Positions 29,581 to 43,751 of a stretch of 64,000 nucleotides of DNA are shown here, piece after piece. The stretch's first letter is position 1. Every line of letters begins with the position of its first letter. Location: positions 128,001 to 192,000 of the forward strand of contig JASGHG010000001.1 of the NCBI GenBank assembly GCA_047602425.1. Direction: 5' to 3'. The position numbers and the translations under genes are program-made. The DNA comes from Nibricoccus sp. (GTDB lineage Bacteria; Verrucomicrobiota; Verrucomicrobiia; Opitutales; Opitutaceae). The notes beneath the pieces were generated by a model. The model worked only from the letters and a program-made list of their open reading frames with translations. It ran no database searches and was not told where the DNA came from.

Positions 29581-30042
29581 TTACTCCTCCGCCTCCGGCG
29601 TATCCAAATGTTGGATAATCAACTCCTGCAATGTGGCCAGAAACAGATAACACATGAAGAATTTTCGCACGGCCTCGGGCAATTTCTCGATTTCGATATC
29701 GCCCGACTCCAATGTCTCATCGGCGATTCCTTTCAGATATTCCTCGCGCAGCCGCAATCGCACCGCAGAACAAGCACGCACCACCGGCTCTCCGTTGTCC
29801 TCGTCGAAAATGATTATGCCACTCGCAAAGAATTCCTTGTTAAACAACGCAAGCAATCGGGCGATGTCGCCATTTTGCGAACCGAGCAGTTCCTCATGCC
29901 AGAACTCGCGCATGTCCGAATCGACCGCACCCATTTCAAGCGGCGCTGCGAGACGTTTGTCCAACGAATCGGCGACGGCTTTCACGGCGTCAAGCAAGGG
30001 TGCAACCACGGACAGGCTGAGTCTGACTTCAATTCGCTTCAT
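29581..30042 (-). CDS. DUF2017-like protein
   Basis: Acidic helical protein with SAVRLRL...YLFLATLQELII. Confidence 0.6.
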   Translation of the reverse strand: MKRIEVRLSLSVVAPLLDAVKAVADSLDKRLAAPLEMGAVDSDMREFWHEELLGSQNGDIARLLALFNKEFFASGIIIFDEDNGEPVVRACSAVRLRLREEYLKGIADETLESGDIEIEKLPEAVRKFFMCYLFLATLQELIIQHLDTPEAEE

Positions 30043-30368
30043 CGGAGCACTCGTTGAAAGCCCAAGCATAGCTTCGTTGCACGCCGAATTTCGTAAAATC
30101 GCTCACACCGGCTGTCGCGCCGCGAGGTTGTGTTGCCTCAGTTAAGTCGCACCGTCCGTTACCGCACATCCCTTTGGTTCTGCCTTAATGGTTTGTCATT
30201 TCCGAGATGTAAAGGACTCAAGCTGTCGTGGGATGACGTTTTATATTAAAGGCATGAGAGTCAAAAACCGTTTGTCATCTAATGAATGACAAACGGTTTT
30301 GTGGAAGTTGCTCAAAACTAGCGGCCGATGGAGTGCGAAATCTGGGGGGGTATGCAAACAGGCACCAT

Positions 30369-30397
30369 AAAAAAGGCCGCTCGTTGAAGAGCGGCCT
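30369..30397 (-). terminator. Terminator of clpC
   Basis: GGCCGCTC...GAGCGGCC stem with a T6 run on the minus strand. Confidence 0.8.
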
Positions 30398-30421
30398 CGC
30401 AAAAATATCTCTGGCGTCAGG

Positions 30422-32956
<2,535 letters not shown>

Positions 32957-33005
32957 GATGGTATTTGAAATTGTTGCGCGGATCGTTGGCGAAGGCGCGG
33001 GTTTT

Positions 33006-34091
33006 TTAGTTCTGACCGTTAATAGAGAAGTTTGGTTTCGCGAAAGCGGCAAATTCCGTGCGAAGTTTTTCCGCACGCAGCGTATCGCGTTCGTTCGATT
33101 CGAGATCGTGCTTGGTCGTGCTCTGGATGTGGCCGGGTTGAGCCTCGATGAAGAGGCGGTCAATGACACAGCGGCTGTCGTCGGGGAAAACACCGAGGTC
33201 GATACCGAGGCGAAGGAGCGATAGCAGGTTCATCGCCTCGCCAGAGCTGAGGAGATGGCTGTTTTGCAAAATGCCATAGGCGCGGCCGATTTTATCGAAG
33301 ACTTTCGGCGCGTCGTTTTCCATCAGACGGGCGCGAGCGTTGAGTTCGTGTTCAACGATGGAATTGAGCACGCTGCCGAGACGCTTGATGATGTCCTCTT
33401 CGGATTCGCCGAGCGTCGTTTGGTTGGAGATTTGAAAAATGCTGCCGCTGGCGTCCGAACCTTCGCCGAAGAGACCGCGCACCACCATGCCGAGCTGGTT
33501 GACGGCCCGAACGACTTTTTCCATCTGGCTCGAAATCACGAGCGCGGGCAGATGCATCATCGCCGAGGCGCGCATACCGGTACCGAGATTGGTTGGGCAA
33601 GCAGTGAGATAACCAAGCGAAGGAGAGAACGCGTAGTCGAGTTTGTCTTCGAGCGCGGTGTCGAGATCGTTGATCGCGGCCCACGTTTTCTTGAGCTGGA
33701 AACCCGCGCGCAACGTCTGAATGCGGAGGTGATCCTCCTCGTTGATCATGACCGAGAATGCCTGGTCTTTGCTGATGACAACGCCGGCGCCACTCTTCGC
33801 GCCGCTGAGTTCGCGGCTGATGAGATGGCGTTCCACGAGAATCTGTTTTTCGAGGTCGCTCAGTTCGTCGATGCTGGCGCTGAGCGACTTTTTCATCTGC
33901 GGAGCCGAACCGACTGCTTCCCGACAAGCTTCGAGAATCGCGGCGCGCTCTTTTTCCTTGGCCCAGCCGGGGAAGGATTTGCCCGCAAGGTTGCGGGCGA
34001 GGCGGATGCGCGTCATGAGGACAATCGCGCACTTGCTGCTCGCCGTATCGGTGAGCTCGGAGGGCGTGGCAAGAAGCGACTTGAGCGTCAT
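33006..34091 (-). CDS. mcsB: Protein arginine kinase McsB
   Basis: RIRLARN, NEEDHLR, CPTNLGTG; located between mcsA and clpC. Confidence 0.95.
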   Translation of the reverse strand: MTLKSLLATPSELTDTASSKCAIVLMTRIRLARNLAGKSFPGWAKEKERAAILEACREAVGSAPQMKKSLSASIDELSDLEKQILVERHLISRELSGAKSGAGVVISKDQAFSVMINEEDHLRIQTLRAGFQLKKTWAAINDLDTALEDKLDYAFSPSLGYLTACPTNLGTGMRASAMMHLPALVISSQMEKVVRAVNQLGMVVRGLFGEGSDASGSIFQISNQTTLGESEEDIIKRLGSVLNSIVEHELNARARLMENDAPKVFDKIGRAYGILQNSHLLSSGEAMNLLSLLRLGIDLGVFPDDSRCVIDRLFIEAQPGHIQSTTKHDLESNERDTLRAEKLRTEFAAFAKPNFSINGQN

Positions 34092-34095
34092 GGCC

Positions 34096-34605
34096 TTAGC
34101 TCGTGAGCTTTTGTCCGTAGCTTTGTTTGACTTGGGAGATTTCATCGCGGTAGCGGGCGGCGTCTTCGTAACGCTCGGATTTGATCGCCTCTTCGAGGTT
34201 GTCCTCGAGTTTGTTGAGACGGTCGGTGATAAGTTTTCGATCAAGTGCCTTATGGGGGACTTTGCCGGTGTGGTTGGTTCCTTTGTGCATGTTGTCGAGC
34301 ATGGGCTCGATCATGCCTTTAAAAGTTTCGTAGCAATGCGGGCAGCCGAAGCGGCCGTGTTTCTTAAAATCGCCCTGCGTGAAGCCGCAATGTTCGCAAC
34401 GCAATCCCTCGGCCGTCGCGGCTTCAGGGGAAAGCGAAGCCTTCAAAAGCAGGTCGGCCAGCGAAAAGCCGCTCGGGTCGGTCACGCCTTTCGCTTGGGC
34501 ACAACTTTCGCAGAGGTCCACCTTATGGACCTTGTTATTAACAATCTGCGTAAGATGCACCGTTGCTGGTTTTGAGCAGAGATCACATTTAAGAGGGCTG
34601 GCCAT
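34096..34605 (-). CDS. mcsA: McsA (CxxC/UVR activator)
   Basis: Four CxxC motifs, HTGKVP, ERYEDAARYRDEI. Confidence 0.95.
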   Translation of the reverse strand: MASPLKCDLCSKPATVHLTQIVNNKVHKVDLCESCAQAKGVTDPSGFSLADLLLKASLSPEAATAEGLRCEHCGFTQGDFKKHGRFGCPHCYETFKGMIEPMLDNMHKGTNHTGKVPHKALDRKLITDRLNKLEDNLEEAIKSERYEDAARYRDEISQVKQSYGQKLTS

Positions 34606-34690
34606 GGAAGAATTATAGCACGTCCGACGAAACTATCGACACAGAGGAGTTAAAATTGCGACGCAGATCACGGAAAGAACTGCAACACTT

Positions 34691-34706
34691 TGCAACAACC
34701 ATGCCA
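34691..34706 (-). promoter_or_regulatory. Putative sigma54 -24/-12 promoter of mcsA-mcsB-clpC
   Basis: Minus strand TGGCAT-GGTTG-TTGCA (GG-N10-GC), 86 bp upstream of mcsA. Confidence 0.55.
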
Positions 34707-34893
34707 GCCGCCTTGTCGCTGGCAAGTCCTAGGAGGACGGCAAAATATGCGGACTTTTCTCCGGCCGCACCGTGCAGACCCGGCGCATCGAACGTGCATT
34801 TTGTCACATTCGGCGCCGCTGTCGCCAGCATGGCACACTCGTTAGGTATTAACCCGCGAGTGGCCATCCGGGATAAGCCGGCTCGCGGCCCGA

Positions 34894-35760
34894 TCAAATC
34901 CGTGTGCCTTCAACCAGCACGCGGCGGCGGAATGCTTCGAGGACGCGTTGCGTGATCGGACCGGGCTTGCCGGAGCCGATTTCGCGGCCGTCGAGTTTCA
35001 CCACAGGGATGACTTCGGCGGCGGTGCCGGTCAGGAAGCATTCGTCGGCGGTCCAAAAATCGTACCGCGTCATGTCCACTTCGCGGAGGGTCACGCCGAT
35101 TTCCTTGGCGATGTCGAGGATCGCGCCGCGCGTGATGCCTTTGAGCGCGCCTTGCGAGGCGGGCGGCGTGAGGATTTCGCCTTTGAACACGGTGAAAATA
35201 TTATCGCCAGTGCATTCGGCCACGTAGCCTTGGTCGTTAAGCATAATCGCCTCAAGGGCGCCAAATTGCTTGGCCTCGATCTTGGCGAGGATGTTGTTGA
35301 GATAGTTGAGCGACTTGATCGCGGGGCTGAAGGCGGCAGGATTCACGCGACGCGTTGGCACGGTGACGATTTCGAGGCCCTTCGTGTAGTGCTCCGCAGG
35401 ATACAGATTAATCTTGTCGGCGATGATGAAGATCGACGGTTTCGGGCAAAGCCAGGGCGACAAGCCGAGGTCGCCCACACCACGCGTCACCACCAAACGG
35501 ATGTAGCCGTCGCTGAGATTGTTTTGACGGCAGATTTCGCAGGTCGCGTCGGAGATCTCCTTGCGCGTCCACGGCATCTTCAGGAGGATCGCCTTGGCGG
35601 AGTACTCGAGACGTTCCAGATGTTCTTCGAGGCGGAAAATGTTGCCCTTATAAAGGCGGATGCCTTCGAAAATGCCGTCACCATAAAGCAACCCGTGGTC
35701 GAACACGGAGATCTTGGCGTCGGCCTGGTCAACAAATTTGCCATCGAGATAAATCTTCAT
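34894..35760 (-). CDS. ilvE: Branched-chain amino acid aminotransferase
   Basis: DHGLLYGDGIFEGIR, KSLNYLNN, ECTGDN, LKGITR, GTAAEV. Confidence 0.95.
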   Translation of the reverse strand: MKIYLDGKFVDQADAKISVFDHGLLYGDGIFEGIRLYKGNIFRLEEHLERLEYSAKAILLKMPWTRKEISDATCEICRQNNLSDGYIRLVVTRGVGDLGLSPWLCPKPSIFIIADKINLYPAEHYTKGLEIVTVPTRRVNPAAFSPAIKSLNYLNNILAKIEAKQFGALEAIMLNDQGYVAECTGDNIFTVFKGEILTPPASQGALKGITRGAILDIAKEIGVTLREVDMTRYDFWTADECFLTGTAAEVIPVVKLDGREIGSGKPGPITQRVLEAFRRRVLVEGTRI

Positions 35761-35868
35761 TCCCGCAGACTAGAAAGTGCGCGGCGAGCTTGTCCAGCCT
35801 GCGTACCATAGAACATTTGTGTCCCGCCTGAACTTGCCAAGCGCTGTGCCGGTCCCCTTGCTCGACGC

Positions 35869-36036
35869 GTGCCTCCACCGACCCGTCCTTTCCGCGTCAT
35901 CGAACTCATCACGGTGCTGGTGATCGCCGGGCTCATCGTCGCGGTCATCCTCCCCCGCTGCGGAAAAAATTCCGCCCATGCGCCGGCCGATTCCGCCAAC
36001 CAGCCGCTCCCGGCTAGCACGCCAGCTGCTCCATGA
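35869..36036 (+). CDS. 55-aa prepilin-like microprotein (not in the ORF track)
   Basis: GTG start; MPPPTRPFRVIELITVLVIAGLIVAVILPRCG... resembles a type IV pilin N-terminal helix. Confidence 0.5.
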   Translation: MPPPTRPFRVIELITVLVIAGLIVAVILPRCGKNSAHAPADSANQPLPASTPAAP

Positions 36037-36102
36037 CATTACGGTGAACTCATTGGCACCATTGCATTCCGAACCTTTTCCAACATTTTCGTTTAAAACT
36101 CA

Positions 36103-37858
36103 ATGACTGCCGCCACGCCCAACGCCTCCGTTCCCGTCACTTACGTCGTCGGTCACCGCAATCCCGACACCGATGCGATTTGCTCGGCCATTGCGTATGT
36201 CGCCTTCAAAGAGGCTCGTGGCGAAAAAGGCTTCGTCGCCGCCCGTTGCGGCAATTCCAACGCCCGCATCGACACCGTGCTCAAGCGGTTTCATCAGCCG
36301 TTGCCGTTGTATCTCAGCGATGTCACCCCACGCGTGCGCGATGTGATGATTTCCAATGTCATTTCTGTCCGCCCCACGGCAACGTGTGCCGAGGCATTGG
36401 AAGTCATCGATGCGCACGATGTCCGCGTCCTCCCTGTCACAACCAACGACAACCGCGTCATCGGCTCCATCTCGGTTTTTCAACTGGGTGGTTATTTCAT
36501 TCCCCGCATGCGCGCTCCCCGTGAAATGCGAAAGGTCCATACGTCCCTCGCTCACATTGCCCGGGCACTCAAGGGCCGCATCATCCACATGCGCGAAGAG
36601 GATCGCGAAGAAGATCTTTTCATCCGCATCGGCGCGATGGACGTGCGGTCGTTCGGAAAATTCTCCGAGGTCGAAGGCATTGGACCCGAACAATCGATTA
36701 TCATCGTGGGCGACCGTTGGGACATTCAACAGCGGTCCATCCAGATCGGTGTGCGCGCACTCGTTGTCACCGGCAATCTTCCGATTGATGAAGAAGTCAT
36801 CGAGCAGAGTCCGCAAAGCCGGTGTCAGTCTGATCGTGAGCCCCTACGACTCCGCCACCACTGCCTGGGTCATTCGAACGGCCTCGATCATCGACAGCAT
36901 GATCGATCGCAAATTCGCCTCCGTCACCGCCGATCTGCGCCTCGGGGATATCCGCCGCAAAATCGCCGCCTCCAACACGCCCGCCTACATGGTTGTCGAT
37001 GATGAGGGCAAACTCCAGGGAATCCTCACCAAGACTGACATTCTCAAAACGGTGAAAACCCGCCTCGTGCTCGTTGATCACAACGAAGTCACGCAAGCCG
37101 TCCCCGGCGCCGATGAGGTCACGGTCACCGAGATTATCGATCACCATCGTCTCGGGTCTTTGAATACACAGCAACCGATCCTGTTCATTAACGAACCAGT
37201 CGGTTCCACCTGTACGATTGTCGCGGATCTTTTCCGACGCGACGGACTTACTCCTTCGCCCGATATCGCCGGCATCATGATGAGCGGCATCATTTCCGAC
37301 ACGTTGCATCTCAACAGCCCGACGACCACGGAAAAAGACGCCAGCCTTCTCGCCTGGCTCTCGAAAATCGCCGACGTTAATTCCGGCGAACTCGCCAATC
37401 TCATTTTCAGTTCCGGCTCCGTCATCATCGCCAATTCGCCCGAAAAAGTCATTCGCTCGGATTTCAAAATCTACGAAGAGCTCGGCGTGCGTTTTTCCGT
37501 TTCACAGGTGGAGGAACTGGGCTTCGGGAACTTCTGGAAACACTCCAAGGAACTCGCCGCCGCCATGCAGCAAGTCATCACCGCCGAAACTCTCGCGTTT
37601 TCCGCTTTGCTCGTGACCGATATCAATACGCAGAACTCGCTTCTCCTCGTCAAAGGCGACCCGGAGTTCATCGCGCACGTGACTTACCCCCATGTTGAGC
37701 AAAACGAAATTTTCGACATGCCCGGCGTCGTCAGCCGCAAGAAACAACTCATCCCGTACATCACATCGGTTCTCCGCGAAATGCAGTCCGAAGGCCTGCT
37801 CCCCGCGACGCCTGCCACCACGACTCGCTCCGCCTTTACCCCCGCGCCGGAGATCTGA
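36103..37858 (+). pseudogene. ppaC: Family II Mn-dependent inorganic pyrophosphatase with CBS-DRTGG insert, frameshifted (or sequencing error)
   Basis: GHRNPDTDAICS in one frame; LVDHN, IIDHH, PVGSTCT and VVSRKKQ in another; the frames join if one base near 36808 is removed. Confidence 0.8.
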
Positions 37859-37877
37859 GTTCCGGACGTTCGGGCCT

Positions 37878-38044
37878 TTTCGCCACAGAGGACACAGAGC
37901 TCCGACACAGAGTTCACAGAGAAATATTTTCTGAGGTTTGTTTATTATCCCTCTCTACTCCACGTCCATTGGCAGGAAAACCGCTGCAAACCCTACGGTC
38001 TCCCTCCGCCTCCGTGTCAGCGCTCCGTGTCCTCTGTGGCGAAA
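37878..38044. mobile_element. MITE-like inverted-repeat element (CACAGAG-type termini)
   Basis: TTTCGCCACAGAGGACACAGAGC...GCTCCGTGTCCTCTGTGGCGAAA, a 22/23 inverted match that extends imperfectly inward; no gene inside. Confidence 0.6.
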
Positions 38045-38121
38045 CTCAGTCCTCCGTCCCACCATCTGTTAAAAGCTGCATTGCAACGCGCCCGCTGATT
38101 CCATTGCATACGGGTTTTTCC

Positions 38122-39930
<1,809 letters not shown>

Positions 39931-40135
39931 TCTTTCCTCTTTCTCGTTCTCTTTATCTTTCTCCGAGGTAAAGCCCGACGTTCCCGGCGGGCTCGATCAC
40001 GTCGCTTACCGGCCAGGCCCAAAATCGCGCAAGGGATTGCGCGATCCACCTCATATACCCGAGCTGTTTGTTTCTGCAAAAAACCGAACCAACCTAGCAT
40101 TTACAACCACTTCCTTTTGCGGTGATCTCGTTCAC

Positions 40136-40936
40136 ATGCGTTTTAACCACGTTGTTGTATTCGCAGGATTGCTGCTCTTCTCTTGTGCGAAGAAAGCCAA
40201 CAAGCCATGGCTCTACTACTCTAGTGGCGCGGGCCTAAATGATGCGGTGGTTTACGTTAACGAAAACCCGACAAATCAAGGAAGGGCCTTTTCGCATTTT
40301 GTCATAGAGGGTGTGAATTGGGTTCGTCTCAAGGGCGAGGCCGGTGAGAACGGTTACCAGTTTCGCGTAGTTAAGAAACCCAGCCTGACGGGCTCGGTAT
40401 ATGAAGATGTCATCAACCAAGAGTCGGCGGAGTCGGGACAGGTAAATCGGATCTTCTCGTTCAATCAGGGAGAATGGTGGCGTTGGACCTGGCAGGATGC
40501 GGACGAAATCAAAGGTTTTGAGGAAAAGGATCTGCATGAAATCAAAGCGATCATCCGCGAGGTGATCGAGAACGCCAAACAGCCCGTTACGAGATGGGAA
40601 GACATCCTCCCAAAAGCAAAGACGAGGATGTGGTCAGACGATCCCGAACAACTTGCCGACGGACGTAAACTCTGCGAAAAGGCGATCAAAGGCATTCGCA
40701 GCTATAAGAAACTCGTTTATCAGGAATGTAGATCTGAGGACTTAGTTCATTTCGTGGGCAAACAATTGGTTATGGTTAAGGCAAAAACAGGACCAATCTT
40801 CTACGTCGGACAAGACGAGGCAGATAAAGCAAAACCGAAGACTGGCGAAGTCGTATGGAACTACTTCATTGGGCAGGATGAGATGTTTTTTGCCAAGTTC
40901 AACGGCCAGTGGACTTGGCTGATTCCGACACCGTGA
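40136..40936 (+). CDS. Hypothetical lipoprotein
   Basis: Lipobox LFSC; AT-richer codon usage. Confidence 0.7.
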   Translation: MRFNHVVVFAGLLLFSCAKKANKPWLYYSSGAGLNDAVVYVNENPTNQGRAFSHFVIEGVNWVRLKGEAGENGYQFRVVKKPSLTGSVYEDVINQESAESGQVNRIFSFNQGEWWRWTWQDADEIKGFEEKDLHEIKAIIREVIENAKQPVTRWEDILPKAKTRMWSDDPEQLADGRKLCEKAIKGIRSYKKLVYQECRSEDLVHFVGKQLVMVKAKTGPIFYVGQDEADKAKPKTGEVVWNYFIGQDEMFFAKFNGQWTWLIPTP

Positions 40937-40970
40937 AAACTTACTCCGTGTCCATCAAAACAGGGCAACC

Positions 40971-40994
40971 TCAAACTGTGCACTTTGCACAAAA
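40971..40994 (+). repeat. TTTGCAC motif copy
   Basis: TCAAACTGTGCACTTTGCACAAAA. Confidence 0.7.
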
Positions 40995-41032
40995 CCCAAA
41001 CTGACGGGCCAAGCCCCGATTGCCTGTGGCAT

Positions 41033-41302
41033 CCGCTCCAAGCCGCCAGAGCCAAGCCACGACTCCGTCGAACCACCTATTTGGACGTTGGAAGCACAAA
41101 AGATGGACTGGCGACTGCGATCGCTGACTGAGCGAGCGTGATCGCTGGCTTGGCGAACGCGTTCGCGGCCTTAGCGAGAGCTCTCACGGACTCAGCGACT
41201 ACGTTCGTGGAGACCGCGACGCGATACCAAGGCCGGCGATTGCGATCGCCAGGGGCGTGATCACGATCGCGAAGCCTGCGATGACGGTCGCTGCCTCAAA
41301 AC
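41033..41302. repeat. Dispersed repeat copy A containing 9 x 21-bp units with palindromic GCGA-N6-TCGC core
   Basis: Units at 41105-41292; aligns along its length with 44454-44703. Confidence 0.85.
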
Positions 41303-41524
41303 AAACCCGCCAGTAGAACATTGCCTCCACTTACGACCGACATGGGCAAAGGAACAGTACCGAAGTTTCCAACAGTGTCAGGCCCATGACTCTTTACGGG
41401 ACTAATCAGCGTGGCTCGTCGAATCACCCTCAATCTCCAAAAAATAACTTGGCAAATGGCAGCAACCGAACCATCACGTTGAGGTATGCTTAGTTCAGCA
41501 ACAGATCGTCACCCCTAATACCCA

Positions 41525-42205
41525 ATGCCCCTACGACTTCTTTTTATCCTCACTGCAACCCTGCTCGCGCTGACGAGCAACGCCAACGCCCGACCCATTC
41601 TCTACGCACGCCCCATCGGACAGTGGACGTGGGTACCGGCTGACGAAAGAGTATCCTCCCAGATCAACACAGGGGTAATCAACGGAAGGACCCAAACAGT
41701 CAGAAACTACACCTTATCCAGCAATGCCCTTGGTGCAGGACTTTCTGCCGGTCTGGTTTTGGGCAAAAATGACAGCATGGAAATAGGCATCGAAGCTTCA
41801 TTCAGCCAGTTTAATGGCACCTACATGGTCACAGACTTGATGGCTTCGAACACCGCAACTGGCTCCACCTATTCGTGTACTTATAAAGTGACCAACGTTC
41901 TGGCTGCCTTTCGGCACTATCTCGGACGGAAAGAAAGCAAATTCCGGCCTTACTATGGCCTGACTTTAGGCGAAACGCGTCTGCAATATCCCAACCTATT
42001 CTCGACGCATTCCCAATCGGATGACTCTGACCAACGGAGCGTAACAAGCGGATTGGGCGTTGGAATGACCTATAAAGTCACTGAGAGAATCCAACTCGAA
42101 GCGGGCTACCGCTACTCGCTTGCCGCGACTCTATCGCTCAACGGCCTCAGTGACCTTATGGGCAAAAGCCAGGCACTCAGCTTTTCGCTGCGCTATAACT
42201 TCTGA
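41525..42205 (+). CDS. Outer-membrane beta-barrel (OmpA/opacity-like) protein
   Basis: Signal peptide ending ANA; FRPYYGLTLG, GLGVGMTY, EAGYRY, C-terminal LRYNF. Confidence 0.85.
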   Translation: MPLRLLFILTATLLALTSNANARPILYARPIGQWTWVPADERVSSQINTGVINGRTQTVRNYTLSSNALGAGLSAGLVLGKNDSMEIGIEASFSQFNGTYMVTDLMASNTATGSTYSCTYKVTNVLAAFRHYLGRKESKFRPYYGLTLGETRLQYPNLFSTHSQSDDSDQRSVTSGLGVGMTYKVTERIQLEAGYRYSLAATLSLNGLSDLMGKSQALSFSLRYNF

Positions 42206-42218
42206 AAGCAAAGATGAA

Positions 42219-42248
42219 GGGGTCGAAACTTTGCACTTTGCACAAAAC
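42219..42248 (+). repeat. TTTGCAC motif copy
   Basis: GGGGTCGAAACTTTGCACTTTGCACAAAAC, starting 13 bp after the OMP stop. Confidence 0.8.
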
Positions 42249-42268
42249 GGCCCGGCTGTTCCAACGCC

Positions 42269-43576
42269 TCACTCCATCGTCGCGATGACATTTGTCGTGT
42301 TTTCGAGGCGGAAGGTTTCGCGGGCGAGCGCGTTCACCTTGGTCACAGTCACGGCACGCGTGTTGGCCCGGTAGCGGAAATGGTGGCGCCAGTCGCCGTT
42401 CATCATCAGCCAATCGGCCAGATCCCGCGCAATTTCAATCGCGGCTTCTGGTTTTGGTTCCGCAGGAGCCAGCTCCTCTTGAGCGACACGCAGTTCAGTT
42501 TCCGTAATCCCTGTTTCTGCCAGCCGTTTCACTTCCGCCAGCGTGTCCGCCCGCGCCTGTTCAACGTCTATCTCGGGCTTAAACGAACCATAGATAATCA
42601 ACAAATTCGGGTCGCGCATGGCCGGTCCTTCCATGCAACTCACCCGGCGAATCCCCGCCGACCGATCCGCCAGCCTGGCCGTGATGCGTTTCTGGAGCAC
42701 ATTCCCGATAACGCCCCACGTCTCGATATCCTCCGATGCACCGGGGCCTTTGTGAAAGCTGATGAGAAACATCGGCCGGTCGTGCCCGCTCACGCGCGCG
42801 ATTCTTTCTTCGGTTTGACGCGGTTCAACCGCTTCGAGCCCAAGGCGCTTGGGGCCGCCCTTAAATTCGCTGAGGCGCACTTGGGCCAACGCTTGAACGC
42901 GTGCGGGGTCGACATCGCCCACGACCACGAGAATGAGATTCGACGGGGCGAGCGCTTTGCCTGCGTGGTTGAGAAATCCTTCTAGCGAAAGGTTCTCTAC
43001 CGCGCTTTCAGGTCCAAAAACCGGCCGTCGATACGGGTGTTGTTGATAAGCTGCGTCCAACAATACGTTGCTCATCTTCGCCCAGCGTTCGGTCGCGGCC
43101 GTGCGCTCGCTGATGATTGTTTTTCGAGCTGCCTCGAAATTCCCCCCGTCGACAACGATGAACCAGGTCGTCACAAAATCGAGCGCCTCCTCTAGCTTCG
43201 CTTTCGGCCATACGCTGGACGCGTACACGAAATCTGGATTGGCAAAACACGCGAGTTGACTGCCTCCCTGCTCGGCGAGTCGCGCACTCTCCTGCCCCCA
43301 CACAGCCGCCAGCACCTTTGATGCGCCCGTGTGATCGGTGGTTTCTTGAGCGCTTCCGCCGCAGACATAGAGCATCACGGTGATTTCACCCGGCGTCGGC
43401 GCCGGAGCTGCGATCACACGGACGCCTTTCTCGAAGGAGACAACCACAGTTCGCTCTTCGTCGCTTAGATGGGTCGCACGGGCCGTTGAAAACAGCCCGA
43501 CTAAACACAGTAAAAAAAGAGCAGGTCGCGCAAACGCATCACGCAAACGGCAAATATGAGGCAATAACGGTTTCAT
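42269..43576 (-). CDS. M16 (pitrilysin-family) peptidase-like protein, probably non-catalytic
   Basis: HPYRRPVFG and PSNLILVVVGDVD; the HXXEH position is occupied by SKVLA. Confidence 0.8.
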   Translation of the reverse strand: MKPLLPHICRLRDAFARPALFLLCLVGLFSTARATHLSDEERTVVVSFEKGVRVIAAPAPTPGEITVMLYVCGGSAQETTDHTGASKVLAAVWGQESARLAEQGGSQLACFANPDFVYASSVWPKAKLEEALDFVTTWFIVVDGGNFEAARKTIISERTAATERWAKMSNVLLDAAYQQHPYRRPVFGPESAVENLSLEGFLNHAGKALAPSNLILVVVGDVDPARVQALAQVRLSEFKGGPKRLGLEAVEPRQTEERIARVSGHDRPMFLISFHKGPGASEDIETWGVIGNVLQKRITARLADRSAGIRRVSCMEGPAMRDPNLLIIYGSFKPEIDVEQARADTLAEVKRLAETGITETELRVAQEELAPAEPKPEAAIEIARDLADWLMMNGDWRHHFRYRANTRAVTVTKVNALARETFRLENTTNVIATME

Positions 43577-43751
43577 CGGTATAGCAGGGGTTGAAACGAC
43601 TTTGTCATTAACGCACGAACGGCTGTGACGCTTAAAATTCTAAACGTCCTGCGACACCGTATCCCTTCAACCTTTCGAACAACGTCCCGCACGTTAGGTG
43701 CCGCTGAAAAATGATCGAGCTCTGCAATTTGTACGCGAGACCAAGTCGCGA

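Noticed and set aside
30070..30360. clpS gene or ncRNA upstream of the DUF2017-like gene
   Set aside because: No ClpS-like ORF and no recognisable RNA motif; likely only promoter sequence.
36054..36067. Sigma54 promoter TGGCACCATTGCA before the pyrophosphatase
   Set aside because: GG-to-GC spacing is too short for a -24/-12 element.
39931..39963. Pyrimidine tract after glnS as a terminator
   Set aside because: No stem precedes it; it may be a low-complexity repeat remnant, but one copy is insufficient to call.
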